Positions 28,801 through 37,582 of a stretch of DNA of 64,000 nt are shown in pieces (the first letter of the stretch is position 1; each line of letters opens with the position of its first letter). The position numbers were made by a program, and so were the translations under genes. The notes under the pieces were generated by a model. It worked only from the letters and a program-made list of their open reading frames with translations, did not search any database and was not told where the DNA came from. Source of the DNA: Nitrospinaceae bacterium (GTDB taxonomy: Bacteria; Nitrospinota; Nitrospinia; Nitrospinales; Nitrospinaceae); the NCBI GenBank assembly GCA_965223665.1, contig OZ245011.1, forward strand, positions 3,776,001 through 3,840,000, written 5' to 3'.

Positions 28801-30415
28801 AATCGGCGACCCCTGTTACCGTTAGGTTATAGTTTGTAGAGTTGTTTAGAGGAGAGGTTAGTAATTTTACGGTTCGAAAATCACTTTGTAATTTAGCGGC
28901 AGATACAGTCACTCCATTATTTATCGAATAGTTTGATACACTCTCTGCACTAATTTTTTCAAGAGGTTCTGAAAACTGAACCTCCAAAGTTAATGGGTTG
29001 GGGGCATGTACGGAAAAAATTCCGGGAGGAAAATTATTTAAATCATGAATAATTGAAAACTTATCTTCGGTTTTTCCAAATGCATCGAGAAAAACTGCTT
29101 CTAACCGGTTTTCATATATATCCAAAACCATAGAACCTAATTTGTTTATAGAATGGAACATTGCCGGGTGATTGAGAGACCCACCACTAAGTTTTCCTGA
29201 GTTGCCTGCAACCGCATAAACAGCTCCATCATTTCCCATTTTACTTCCGTCAGGGTTAAGAAATTTTGTATAACCTCCCTGTGCATCTATTTCCGGATCT
29301 GGCCTCCCGTTTCCGGGATCTAATTTTAATGAAGGGTTACTATTGATCTCACTAGAGCTACCATAGTGACCATTAAGAAAAAAAGATCTTTCGTAGGAAT
29401 GGCTATGCCCCATTAAAACTAAATCAACTCCGTGTTGTTCTAAAATGGGGAGAACATTTTCTCGCATCTGAATTAAAATTAATTCGGCATCTGAATTATG
29501 AGAACCTTTTGAATATGCCGGGTGGTGCCAATATGCAATGAGCCATTCTTTATCGTTTGCTATCAAATCATTTTCGAGCCACGTAAGCATTGAAGATCCG
29601 GGTAATCTGGAATGCCCAAAGGAATCTAAAACTACAAAATGTATATTTCCATAATCAAATGAATAGTAGGCCTCTGTGCCAGAGGCAACACCTCCAATTT
29701 CTCCACTTCTTGGAAGCTCCCAAATATCGAAATACACACCCGATTCGTTACCTGAGGTTGCGCTTCTGGCATCATGGTTTCCGAATGTAGGCCAAACTGC
29801 TACATTCCTTAAAAAATCAGGATACATTAAAAAAACAGCACCATGATGGTCTCTATCCGTTCCATCTTCGTAAGCGTTGTCTCCAAGCATTAACCAAACA
29901 TCAGGGTCGCGAGACTTAGAGAAATTTTTAAATCTATTGCTAACAGCTAAGGCTTTTGTGTCGTCCGTTCCGGAATCTCCAATGACCCATACTCGTGTAG
30001 GCGTAGGTGTTCCAGGAGTAGGAAAAGTTTTAAAGGTCCCATTAAATTTATATTCAATTGAGGGTGTGGATGAGGTTCCTATTGCATAGTAATAGCGAGT
30101 GTTTGGAGAAAGGCTGGATATGGTTACTTCAAATTCCCGCCAACTTTCCGGGCAATATCCACAAGACTTTGATACGGGAGAGGAATCTGTAACTGTAGAG
30201 GATAAACTTCCAGGAGAAGTTCCATAATGAACACTATTATTGGAAATTTGTGATGTAGGAACCCGCCATTTAATTAAGACACTGTTTGGAGAAAGTTTTT
30301 GTAAAAAAGGTCCCCAATCATTGATGGCTCCAAAGGCAAACTTTACATTTATTAAAATTCCAATTATGCAAAAAAATACAAAACCAAATTTTTTTCTTAA
30401 ATGTAAATAAATCAT
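19817..30415 (-). CDS. Giant secreted purple acid phosphatase with Ig-like, 6 DNRLRE-like and 24 HYR-like domains (3532 aa)
   Basis: Signal peptide and an Fn3-like PAP N-domain. Metallophosphoesterase motifs GDSG, GDNAY, GNHD, WHHP and GHSH. Six domains end in RP(R/K)(I/L)xIxY. HYR units follow D..P.VTAP...FP.G.T.VTW.ATD.AGN. Confidence 0.9.
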   Translation of the reverse strand: MIYLHLRKKFGFVFFCIIGILINVKFAFGAINDWGPFLQKLSPNSVLIKWRVPTSQISNNSVHYGTSPGSLSSTVTDSSPVSKSCGYCPESWREFEVTISSLSPNTRYYYAIGTSSTPSIEYKFNGTFKTFPTPGTPTPTRVWVIGDSGTDDTKALAVSNRFKNFSKSRDPDVWLMLGDNAYEDGTDRDHHGAVFLMYPDFLRNVAVWPTFGNHDARSATSGNESGVYFDIWELPRSGEIGGVASGTEAYYSFDYGNIHFVVLDSFGHSRLPGSSMLTWLENDLIANDKEWLIAYWHHPAYSKGSHNSDAELILIQMRENVLPILEQHGVDLVLMGHSHSYERSFFLNGHYGSSSEINSNPSLKLDPGNGRPDPEIDAQGGYTKFLNPDGSKMGNDGAVYAVAGNSGKLSGGSLNHPAMFHSINKLGSMVLDIYENRLEAVFLDAFGKTEDKFSIIHDLNNFPPGIFSVHAPNPLTLEVQFSEPLEKISAESVSNYSINNGVTVSAAKLQSDFRTVKLLTSPLNNSTNYNLTVTGVADYDTNTSIPSPGTTFSFVPGFEDPLEYTVDFQDGYFPHEGYDGTKDSYIFEGDPNENFGTKIELLSHGPFENTVVGDAITLISWDLSSIPSNAIVESATVYVDLFNRSETSYHLHRIMSSWNEFSVTWNNIGGSSNISNTIMGTITPQKFGLNIIPMNADGLDVVQGWIDGTYSNNGLAIENGGPGEHPNWWNAIRMWSRRSENRPRISITYSLPTSGDSIDPAILAPSDITTESTGNLTPVFLGTATAVDNIGSPTITNDAPAGGFPLGTTIVTWTATDAAGNTATDLQKVTVQVPVLTTPNTISFRDGVEPSTTYSGTSDSRIRSSSRNSNDAGGTQIGADGDEQFPPGGLFGDVDSVVKWDLTAIPKTAIIDSVSVTFNIFDSSSFSHNLISIKTKWDEHTATWNSINDSSFVGSLVGTIPASSSGSTTINLNQTGIDLVQGWVNGSISNNGFRIANVGGTQDLRMYSSETSVATRRPRITISYTVPPPNQFTLDIQSGIEDAILRETSPNSNYPNDPSLTADGSQSDPGNGSIGEVMSVISWDVSAIPNNASVQSASITFNLTNISSGTYNLHEAETNWTEGTVTWNNFGGGTANVGSSVIGALPTGPFGNNIISLNTDGINLIQGWINGSIPNNGIVVKTGGTNDGIFFNSSEATSNRPKLSITYLIPLEPDTEPPVVTAPGDLTTLDPTPNIGSATATDNVGVTSLTNDAPATFPLGTTTVTWTAMDAAGNSGTDTQDITLQADNESPVVTAPADITTTDAAPNLGTATATDNSGIIDSLTNDAPGSFPVGTTIVTWSATDPAGNIGTDTQSVTIIPTSGPTTLEFQDGVEPDSSYAGTQDAELRETSPNTNNGNSTSLNADGSDSDPSNGSFGQLIITISWDISSVPSNATVSSASISLNLTNISSGPYNLFQVLSSSWTEGTVTWNSFGGATANVGSTVIGVISTGQFGENIINLNSSGINMVQGWIDGTIPNNGIVVKTGGTNDGIDFNSSEASSGRPKLSITYTTPLVEDTEDPVVTAPADLTTLDPTPDIGTATATDNVGVTSITNDAPATFPLGTTTVTWTAMDAAGNSGTDTQDVTLLDDTEDPVVTAPADITTTDPAPNLGTATATDNSGIIDSLINDAPGTFPLGTTVVTWTATDPAGNTGIDTQNVTLQVPTGPVIIEFQNGVEPDSGYSGTQDSLLRETSANTNYGNQTSLSADLIQPDPSNGRFGEVISVISWDISTIPGNATVQSVSVSLNLSNVSTDSYNLHQALTNWNESTVTWNTFGGSSTNVGTSVLGTIIPGQFGENIINLNSNGINLVQGWIDSSIANNGIVIKETNNNNDGIFVNSSEAGSGRPKLSITYTVPSGPDTEDPVVTAPANLTTMDPTPDIGTATATDNIGVTSLTNDAPAIFPLGTTTVTWTAMDAAGNSGTDTQDVTLLADTEDPVVTAPADITTTNTTPNIGTATATDNSGIIDSLINDAPGIFPIGFTIVTWTATDPAGNTGTDTQNITIQPSSGPTIIEFQNGVEPDSGYSGTQDSLLRETSANTNYGSQTSLSADLIQPDPDNGRFGEVISVISWDISTIPGNATVQSVSVSLNLSNVSTDSYNLHQALTNWNESTVTWNTFGGSSTNVGTSVLGTIIPGQFGENIINLNSNGINLVQGWIDGSINNNGIVIKETNNNNDGIFINSSEAGSGRPKLTITYETVINDTTPPVVTAPADINTEATGPTTTVALGTATANDDVDGPLTPTNDAPAGGFPVGLTVVTWSATDAAGNTGTDTQNVTITDTTAPTVTAPADVSTADTTPDLGTATATDLVDGSLIPVNDAPGTFPLGLTVVTWSATDAAGNTGTDTQNVTITEDTTPPVVTAPADINTEATGPTTTVSLGTATANDDVDGPLTPTNDAPAGGFPVGLTVVTWSATDAAGNTGTDTQNVTITDTTAPTVTAPADLSTADTTPDLGTATATDLVDGSITPTNNAPGTFPLGLTVVTWSATDTAGNTGTDTQNVTITEDTTPPVVTAPADINTEATGPTTTVALGTATANDDVDGPLTPTNDAPVSFPVGLTVVTWSATDAAGNTGTDTQNVTITDTTAPTVTAPADLSTADTTPDLGTATATDLVDGSITPTNNAPGTFPLGLTVVTWSATDTAGNTGTDTQNVTITEDTTPPVVTAPADINTEATGPTTTVSLGTATANDDVDGPLTPTNDAPVSFPVGLTVVTWSATDAAGNTGTDTQNVTITDTTAPTVTAPADLSTADTTPDLGTATATDLVDGSITPTNNAPGTFPLGLTVVTWSATDTAGNTGTDTQNVTITEDTTPPVVTAPADINTEATSPTTTVALGTATANDDVDGPLTPTNDAPAGGFPVGLTVVTWSATDAAGNTGTDTQNVTITDTTAPTVTAPADVSTADTTPDLGTATATDLVDGSLIPVNDAPGTFPLGLTVVTWSATDTAGNTGTDTQNVTITEDTTPPVVTAPADINTEATSPTTTVALGTATANDDVDGPLTPTNDAPAGGFPVGLTVVTWSATDAAGNTGTDTQNVTITDTTAPTVTAPADLSTADTTPDLGTATATDLVDGSLIPVNDAPGTFPLGLTMVTWSATDTAGNTGTDTQNVTITEDTTPPVVTAPADINTEATSPTTTVALGTATANDDVDGPLTPTNDAPAGGFPVGLTVVTWSATDAAGNTGTDTQNVTITDTTAPTVTAPADLSTADTTPDLGTATATDLVDGSLIPVNDAPGTFPLGLTVVTWSATDTAGNTGTDTQNVTITEDTTPPVVTAPADINTEATGPTTTVALGTATANDDVDGPLTPTNDAPAGGFPVGLTVVTWSATDAAGNTGTDTQNVTITDTTAPTVTAPVGITTEATGPTTTVSLGTGTANDIVDGSITPTNDAPGSFIVGLTVVTWSATDIAGNTGTDTQNVTITDTTAPVVTAPADITTTDPNPALGTATATDLVDGSITPTNDAPGTFPIGLTIVTWSATDTAGNTGTDTQNVTIEE
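19820..23692 (-). repeat. Tandem array of 17 HYR-like domains, mostly as a 453-456 bp A/B dimer
   Basis: Near-identical DNA units. Matching antisense shadow ORFs recur at 456/453-bp spacing (20304, 20760, 21216; 21447, 21903, 22356, 22809, 23265). Confidence 0.95.
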
Positions 30416-30986
30416 ATAAAAATTTATCCACCATACTTTTATTGGTATGCGGAAAAATAAGAGTGCGATGTGTGTGTTGTCTGCGGATAAAATACCCCAA
30501 AAGGCGTTTAAATGACAGGGATTTTTGAAAAATTAAATGAATATATACCTAACTAATTGATATTTAAAATGTATTTGGAGTAATAAAGTGAAATGTTTTT
30601 TGGTTTTCCGAAAAAATATTGGATATTTAGAGTTTTTTCTAAAAAAAAAACAGTAGAAATAAAAAATATTGAATAGTTTTTGTAGACAAATAGGGGTAGT
30701 TTCTGCTAAATAGGATAATTTTCGAAATTAAGGTAAAACTTTTGGACATTATTTTAAGGATCAGTCGTTCTTTAAACAGTTCCAAATAAAATTGTTATAA
30801 GTAAGCGTATCGATAGCCGGGTTGAAAATAACAGGGGGGCACCAAAAGAATTAAATTGATAAGATCCAATTGTTTTGTGTTTTCTTATTACTTTAAAATT
30901 TTGTGGCTAAACTAAAATTCCAAAATTGAAGAAGGGTGTTGATAATCGAGAAATTGAAAGATTTTTGAAGAGTAAGGTGTGAGTCT

Positions 30987-32294
30987 ATGAATACAAAATA
31001 TCGTTTATTTTCCTTTTTGAAAACCATTCAAGATCCTTCTTATCGTAAATGGAAAAAATTAACACGGGATCTTATTGATCAAAAGTTTGATTATTCGACC
31101 CAATACCTTAGTGAGCTCCTTCAGTTTGCGAAAAATAAGGTTCCTTATTACTCACAAATCATTAAAGGAAGTTACAGCGGGCCGGAATCTCTGGTTGAAA
31201 TTCCAATTCTAAATAGAAACCAATTTCGTGAAAATTTTGAATATTTAAAAGCGAAGGATTTAGAAAATAGACCTCACTATACAATTCATTCAGGCGGTAC
31301 TACAGGAAAACCACAAATTTTCTACCAGGATTATGATTTTTTCAATTGGAGTTTAATAACAGAGCAGTATTACTATGAATGTTTTCTTGGTTTTGACCCT
31401 GATGAAGTCGGAGGAGCAATTTTGTGGGGGTCACCAGCAGATTTGCTGGAAAAGAAAAAAATAAAAACGAAAATAAGTCAATGGTTAAAACAAACGGTTT
31501 TTCTAAACTCTTATTCCATGACTCAAGATCAATGTCGAGAATACGTCCAGGTAATTAATCGTAAAAAACCTTTTTATATTCGTGGTTATGCGCAGTCATT
31601 GTATTATTTTGCTAAGTTTATAGTGGAGCAAAATATAAAAGTTTATTCTCCGAATTGCATTATTTCCGCTGCAGAAAAACTTTATCCCTTTATGAAGTCG
31701 ACTGTTCAAGAGGCGTTTTCCTGCCCCATCTTCGACTATTATGGGTCAAGGGAGCTTGGTGCTCTTGCTGGTGAATGCCATGAAAATAAACTTCACATAT
31801 TTTCTTTTAACAACTGGATAGAAATTGTCGATGATAAAGGAAAGCCAGTTAAGCCGGGACAGGAAGGAAAAGTTATTGTCACAAATTTGCATAACTATTC
31901 TATGCCTCTCATTCGATATGAATTAGGTGACACTGCAGTTCTAGGTCATCCCTGCTCATGCGGAAGCAACTTGCCAACCTTGGAACAAGTCACAGGACGA
32001 ATAACTGAACATTTTAAAACTTCTAATGGATCTTTAGTTAGTGGGTTATTCTTTGCATGTATGTGTCATGATGATTGGATGGAACACTTTCAGGTAATTC
32101 AAAAAGATTTTGATTCCCTGGAAATACTTTATAAACCTAAACGTCAACCTTCTGAAAATAACTTTAAAGTGATCAATGATAAAATAAAGACAGTTATGGG
32201 AAATGATTGTCATATTAAATGGAAGGAAGTGGAAGCTATTCCACTTTCCCCACAAGGCAAACAAGTCATTACTAAAAATTTGATTGCTTCCTAA
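30987..32294 (+). CDS. Phenylacetate-CoA ligase/CapK-like adenylate-forming enzyme
   Basis: HSGGTTGKP, YGSRE, MPLIRYELGD, GRI, SPQGK. Confidence 0.85.
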   Translation: MNTKYRLFSFLKTIQDPSYRKWKKLTRDLIDQKFDYSTQYLSELLQFAKNKVPYYSQIIKGSYSGPESLVEIPILNRNQFRENFEYLKAKDLENRPHYTIHSGGTTGKPQIFYQDYDFFNWSLITEQYYYECFLGFDPDEVGGAILWGSPADLLEKKKIKTKISQWLKQTVFLNSYSMTQDQCREYVQVINRKKPFYIRGYAQSLYYFAKFIVEQNIKVYSPNCIISAAEKLYPFMKSTVQEAFSCPIFDYYGSRELGALAGECHENKLHIFSFNNWIEIVDDKGKPVKPGQEGKVIVTNLHNYSMPLIRYELGDTAVLGHPCSCGSNLPTLEQVTGRITEHFKTSNGSLVSGLFFACMCHDDWMEHFQVIQKDFDSLEILYKPKRQPSENNFKVINDKIKTVMGNDCHIKWKEVEAIPLSPQGKQVITKNLIAS

Positions 32295-32451
32295 TCCAAT
32301 GGTTTAGCGAAAATAATTTTGAAGAATCATAAGTATTTTGGGAAAAATAGTTTTATTCTATTCCAGATGTTACCTTCTCCATATTTAAAATTTAAAAATA
32401 CGAAGCTGATATAAAAACTTTATCCTCAATGTCTTAATAACAAAAATTCTT

Positions 32452-33615
32452 TTAATTAAAATCTATTTCATAAGGTGGAATTAAGGTACTTAAAATATTT
32501 TCATCAATTTTTTCCACTTGACGAAATTCTCCAACGACGGGACTATTGGAGGGAATTACGCATTCGTCGTCTACCAATGCACTAACAATGGTAACGGTTT
32601 GAGGAGCATCACTAGTTGGTATCCAAAGTTCTACTGCTTGGATAGTTGGAGGTATTTTTGTTTTATCGTCTATTCTGAATAAAAAATGTTGATCAAAAAT
32701 AGACCATTGAGCGTCTGAAAGTGAACTCGTGGAAACATAGGGGAAACCCAAGCAATCACTTTCTTCAAAAAAGAATGCGGGATTCGATGCATTTGGAATT
32801 TGAATTATATCATCTGCTTTTTCAGAACTAAATCTCATTAAAAAGTTATAATTTTCACCGGTTGGATTGTTATAGGGTACCAAAACTTGAGCCTCTCTGG
32901 AACTTTGAAGATCTATTACTTGACCTATAGTGTTTGGCTCTCTGCCACAACTTGAGTCTGCGCAGTCCTTTAAAACAAAATTTAAATTTCCTAATGGTTG
33001 AGTCGAAAAACTTACCTCTAACTTGGGTGAGATACCTCCAGATTCTCTGGAACTAAACACTATGCCATTATTTGAATTAACGGTTCGAATGGCAATTCCA
33101 TTATTGGGAGTTGAACCGTTAACCCAACCTTGAACTAAAGCTACTCCGGCGGCATTTAAGTTTACAGTAATCATTCCTGGGACCGAGGAAATTATGGTGC
33201 CTAGGACATTGCTGGAATTTAAATCTTTCCAGGCTACTGATGCTTCAGACCATGGATTGTGTTGGGACAATATGTTATAGGGTTCATTGCTTGGATTTAA
33301 AATTTCAAGGGTAATTGTAGCAGAAATTATTTTAGCAGTAATTGGTATAGAAGAAACTTCCCACTTGATAACAGAGGCAACCTCACCATATTGGCCACTA
33401 TTGGGGTCAAATTGTATTCCATCAGCTTTTAATTCTAATTCATTTCCAAAATTGGAAGTTGGGGAACGTTCAACCAAAAAACTATCTTGGGTTCCCGCAT
33501 AACTGTCGTCCGGCATTTTGCCATCCTGAAAAGCGGTAGTAACAGCAAATGCGGAGGAATAAATTCCTAAAGAAATTATACAAGCTGTAATAAACTGACA
33601 AGTGAGCTTTTTCAT
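32452..33615 (-). CDS. Secreted DNRLRE-like domain protein
   Basis: AAGGAG SD and a signal peptide. The N-domain FQDGKMPDDSYAGTQDS...VQGWVNGSTPNNGI...PKLEVSF is paralogous to the repeats of the giant protein. The C-terminal region contains Cys. Confidence 0.85.
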   Translation of the reverse strand: MKKLTCQFITACIISLGIYSSAFAVTTAFQDGKMPDDSYAGTQDSFLVERSPTSNFGNELELKADGIQFDPNSGQYGEVASVIKWEVSSIPITAKIISATITLEILNPSNEPYNILSQHNPWSEASVAWKDLNSSNVLGTIISSVPGMITVNLNAAGVALVQGWVNGSTPNNGIAIRTVNSNNGIVFSSRESGGISPKLEVSFSTQPLGNLNFVLKDCADSSCGREPNTIGQVIDLQSSREAQVLVPYNNPTGENYNFLMRFSSEKADDIIQIPNASNPAFFFEESDCLGFPYVSTSSLSDAQWSIFDQHFLFRIDDKTKIPPTIQAVELWIPTSDAPQTVTIVSALVDDECVIPSNSPVVGEFRQVEKIDENILSTLIPPYEIDFN

Positions 33616-33820
33616 AGCGTCTCCTTTTTGATATTTTTACTGCATATTTTTTTAGGTAGGCCGTCATGTTTATGACCGCAGAATTGGGTTTGATTATCCC
33701 TTTAGGAGTTTAATTTATTGGAAAATGCTGAAAGGGGAGGGAGAGCCTGAAACGCGCTACCCAAAATATTCCCCAAAGACTAATGAGTCCCAAGAAAAGT
33801 CGGTAGTCCGTTGAAAATTA

Positions 33821-33897
33821 TGGTGGGCCCAGCAGGATTCGAACCTGCGACCATCCGGTTATGAGCCGGGGGCTCTAGCCAACTGAGCTATGGGCCC
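33821..33897 (-). tRNA. ileX: tRNA with CAU anticodon, most likely tRNA-Ile2 (lysidine)
   Basis: GGGCCCATAGCTCAGTTGGCTAGAGCCCCCGGCTCATAACCGGATGGTCGCAGGTTCGAATCCTGCTGGGCCCACCA (77 nt, encoded CCA). The paired G1-C72 excludes fMet. Acceptor stem style and position after rpoD favour Ile2 over elongator Met. Confidence 0.9.
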
Positions 33898-33903
33898 TTG
33901 CAA

Positions 33904-35670
33904 TTAACCTTCTATGAAGCTGCGTAATTTTTTGCTCCGGCTGGGATGTCGCAATTTGCGGAGAGCTTTAGCTTCGATTTGACGAATACGCTCACGCGTA
34001 ACTGCAAAATCTTGGCCCACTTCTTCTAATGTATGTTCAGAATCTAAACCAATCCCGAATCGTTTTCTTAAAACTTTTTCTTCACGATTGGCCAAGGTCC
34101 CTAGAACTTTGAGAGTTTGATCTTTCAGATTCTTTTTAACAACAGCATCAATTGGGGATAAAACTTTTTTATCTTCAATAAAATCACCCAAATGACTGTT
34201 TTCTTCCTCGCCGATGGGAGTTTCTAAGGAAATAGGTTCTTTTGCAATTTTTAGAACTTTGCGAACCTTATCAACAGGTAAATTCATTTTTTCTGCAATT
34301 TCTTCAGGGGCAGGTTCTCTTCCGAGTTCTTGTACTAAATGCCTGGAAACTCGAATCAGTTTGTTGATAGTTTCAATCATATGAACTGGAATTCGAATAG
34401 TTCTTGCCTGATCCGCAATAGCTCTAGTAATTGCCTGTCGAATCCACCATGTGGCATAAGTACTGAATTTATATCCTCGTCGGTATTCAAATTTATCGAC
34501 TGCTTTCATCAAGCCAATGTTGCCCTCTTGGATAAGATCCAAAAATTGTAAACCTCGGTTGGTATATTTTTTAGCAATACTCACCACCAGGCGCAGGTTG
34601 GCTTCCGCAAGTTCCCGTTTTGCTGCTTTGTCTTTTACTCTTCCACGTGCAATTGATCTAACTGTGGAGAGTAACTGATCTTTTGACGTTCCAGTATCCA
34701 CTTCAATTTTTTTGATTTTTTTGCGGCATGCTTGAACTACTTTCATGTGTTTATCGTATTGAACCTTTGTTAACACCTTTCCTGAAGGCAACTTGACGCT
34801 TTTTTGCTTGGTCCAGTTTTTGGCTAACTTTTTTACATCCGCTAATGACATTTTTAATTCTTTTTCTAAAAGCCTCTCTTGTTTTCCTGCTTCTCGAAAT
34901 TCAGCTGCGATTTCATATATTTTCTCAATGATTTTGTCCATTTCATCAATGGTTAGATTGAGTTCATGAATCGTATCCTCTAATTTTTTCTGCTGAGTGG
35001 CGAATTCTTTTTCGGTTTTAGATCTCACTTTTTCTGAGATTTTAGAGTCTTCCAATTTTGATCTAAGCTTTTCAAGTTTTTTGTCTTGATCATGTAAGCT
35101 CTTGATAATTTTTAAAACTCGTTTGGTTTCTTCTTTTTCTAGTTCTTCTTTTTTTTCTTCAGGTTCGCCGTGATTGATAATATCAAAAACGCTCAATTCT
35201 CCCTTTTTGATCTGGCGGGACATTTCGGAAAGCTCAACTTGAGTCACTGAGCAATTAGCCACCGCAAAAAGTACTTCATTTTGTCCTTGTTCGATACGCT
35301 TAGCTATCTCTACTTCACCTTCACGAGTCAGAAGAGAAATAGTTCCCATTTCTCTTAAATACATTCTTACAGGATCATCAATGCTGACATTGTCAGGCTT
35401 GTTTTCGGTAATAGTTTCTTCAGCAGGAGTATCGTCTTTTTCCTGGTCCTCCTCTTCGTCTGCAGACTTATCACTTTTTAAAGCAGTGTCCACAATATCA
35501 ATTTCATTTTCTCCAAATAGGTGCATCAAGTCATCAATTTGGTCGGGAGCTACTAAATTAGCCGGAAGGACGTCATTGACTTCTTCATAAGTAAGGTATC
35601 CTTTCTCTTTTCCTAAAGAAATCAGTTGATTAACTTCAGATACATCAGCGATTTTGTCAGCATTTGCCAT
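33904..35670 (-). CDS. rpoD: RNA polymerase primary sigma factor
   Basis: Region 1.1, [55 protein letters not shown]. Confidence 0.98.
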   Translation of the reverse strand: MANADKIADVSEVNQLISLGKEKGYLTYEEVNDVLPANLVAPDQIDDLMHLFGENEIDIVDTALKSDKSADEEEDQEKDDTPAEETITENKPDNVSIDDPVRMYLREMGTISLLTREGEVEIAKRIEQGQNEVLFAVANCSVTQVELSEMSRQIKKGELSVFDIINHGEPEEKKEELEKEETKRVLKIIKSLHDQDKKLEKLRSKLEDSKISEKVRSKTEKEFATQQKKLEDTIHELNLTIDEMDKIIEKIYEIAAEFREAGKQERLLEKELKMSLADVKKLAKNWTKQKSVKLPSGKVLTKVQYDKHMKVVQACRKKIKKIEVDTGTSKDQLLSTVRSIARGRVKDKAAKRELAEANLRLVVSIAKKYTNRGLQFLDLIQEGNIGLMKAVDKFEYRRGYKFSTYATWWIRQAITRAIADQARTIRIPVHMIETINKLIRVSRHLVQELGREPAPEEIAEKMNLPVDKVRKVLKIAKEPISLETPIGEEENSHLGDFIEDKKVLSPIDAVVKKNLKDQTLKVLGTLANREEKVLRKRFGIGLDSEHTLEEVGQDFAVTRERIRQIEAKALRKLRHPSRSKKLRSFIEG

Positions 35671-35725
35671 TGGTGGATTTTCTCCTAATCAATAATTGGG
35701 CCTTATTCCTTTAGATGCAAAATTT

Positions 35726-37513
35726 TCATTCAGGGATTAAAGAAAGGCGCATTTTATGAACTTGTTCTTGTAATAAGCGGGACTTATGAGTTTCCCCTGC
35801 TTGTTCCGCTTCTTGTCGTTGTTTTCTTAATTCGTTTATTTGTTTTTGAACTTCCCGATTTTTGATCTTTGCAATGCATTCCGCTTTAGCTTTGGAAATA
35901 TTGTCAAAAACCATGGGTGAAAGACTTATTTCGGTTAAAACTGATTTAATGTCGGCTTCCTCCGTTCTATCTATTAGTCGATCAACCCGGACCGGTTCTC
36001 CATCTGCGAGCCATTCATATATTAGCCCGGCGGTTTCTCGGTAAAAACGATCTTCATAACAATCTAATGGAACTTCTCGGCATATTTCTTGGGCTGTTTT
36101 TTCATTATCCAGTAACAAATGAATAAGATACCACTCTGCACTTTGGGTAGAGGGTCGTTTTTTATCTTTAACCAGGTTTGTTTTAGGAATATTTTGATTT
36201 AAAGCCTTTTTAATTTCCTCCAAAAGGGCTTTATCGCTAATTTTTAGCGAATCTGCACAGTATTTTGTGTATTCGGTTCTTTCCACAACATTTTTTACTT
36301 TAACTAATACTGGCAAAATTTGATTAAGAGCCTCTAATTTCCCCTCTGTATTTTTTGTATCTATGGAATTCACGGTTTGGTCAACTAAATATTTTAAAAA
36401 AGGAGAAGCATTTTTAACTCGATTTAAAAATAACTCAGAGCCTTCTTTGAGAATTAAGGAATCGGGATCATGACCTAAGGGTAATGAAACTACTTTTACT
36501 TGAAGTCCAGATTCTGAAAGAACCTCATAACCTCGAAATGCAGCTTTCTGTCCTGCGGCATCAGCATCAAATACTAGAATGACTTGATCAGTGTATTGCC
36601 TCAAAAGATTGGCCTGTTTAGAAGTTATTGCGGTGCCACAAGTAGCTACAGAGTTATAAATACCATATTGCCAGGCACGAAGGTGATCAAAATAGCCTTC
36701 CATAATCAGGACTTGCTTTTCTTTTCGGATGGATTCTTTGGCAGAATGCAAGCCATATAAATGATTTCCTTTTTTGTAAACTAAAGTTTCAGGAGAATTT
36801 AGGTATTTGGGTTCCCCTTTATCAAGGATTCGACCTCCAAATCCAATAACGTTGCCACGAGAATCCTTAATAGGAAAAATTACCCGCTCACGGAACCTAT
36901 CGAAATAAACTTCCTTATCTTTACCCTCGGAGGTCATTTTTTTTGAAACTAATCCAAATTTTTCAAGAATTTTGGGAGAACACTTATGAATTCTCTCAAA
37001 ATTTGTCAATAAATCCCGCCAATTTGCTGTGGCCCACCCTAATTCAAATTGATTGATTACCTCTTCATTGAACCCACGTTTGTAAAGATAATCTCTGGCC
37101 TTTTTCCCGGAACTTCCTTTTAATAAGGAATAAAAATGTTTTGCTGCCAATTGGTTGATATCAATTAACCTTTCCTTTTCATTCCTGTTAGGTGAAAAAC
37201 CAGTTGCGGTAGTAGTATTTGGAATATTGACCTGAAATCTTTGTCCTAGCTTTTGAACAACTTCCACAAAGGAAAGATTTTCAATTTCCATTAGAAATTT
37301 GAAAACGTTTCCGCCCATTCCACAGCCAAAACAGTGATAAATTTGTTTTTCTGAATTTACAGTGAATGAGGGAGTTTTTTCAGAATGAAAAGGACAGAGG
37401 CCTTTGTGGTTTTTTCCACTCCTCTTAAGCGGGACATGTTCAGAAATGACCTCAATGATATCGGCCCGAGAGCGAATCTCTTCAATAATATGTTCAGGAA
37501 TAAAGTTACTCAA
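35726..37513 (-). CDS. dnaG: DNA primase
   Basis: CPFHSEKTPSF...CFGC zinc finger; KYLNSPET, EGYFD, FDADAAG, DPD. Confidence 0.97.
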   Translation of the reverse strand: MSNFIPEHIIEEIRSRADIIEVISEHVPLKRSGKNHKGLCPFHSEKTPSFTVNSEKQIYHCFGCGMGGNVFKFLMEIENLSFVEVVQKLGQRFQVNIPNTTTATGFSPNRNEKERLIDINQLAAKHFYSLLKGSSGKKARDYLYKRGFNEEVINQFELGWATANWRDLLTNFERIHKCSPKILEKFGLVSKKMTSEGKDKEVYFDRFRERVIFPIKDSRGNVIGFGGRILDKGEPKYLNSPETLVYKKGNHLYGLHSAKESIRKEKQVLIMEGYFDHLRAWQYGIYNSVATCGTAITSKQANLLRQYTDQVILVFDADAAGQKAAFRGYEVLSESGLQVKVVSLPLGHDPDSLILKEGSELFLNRVKNASPFLKYLVDQTVNSIDTKNTEGKLEALNQILPVLVKVKNVVERTEYTKYCADSLKISDKALLEEIKKALNQNIPKTNLVKDKKRPSTQSAEWYLIHLLLDNEKTAQEICREVPLDCYEDRFYRETAGLIYEWLADGEPVRVDRLIDRTEEADIKSVLTEISLSPMVFDNISKAKAECIAKIKNREVQKQINELRKQRQEAEQAGETHKSRLLQEQVHKMRLSLIPE

Positions 37514-37582
37514 CGAAAATTTATCAATTTAATTGTTTCAGGTAGTTGTAGTTTAATATTGCGAGAGCTTCGGGAAACCTCG

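Noticed and set aside
33616-33897. tRNA-anchored prophage/ICE or a riboswitch in the leader
   Set aside because: No integrase, no duplicated tRNA 3' end seen by eye, and no recognisable riboswitch consensus. An Infernal/Rfam scan would settle it.
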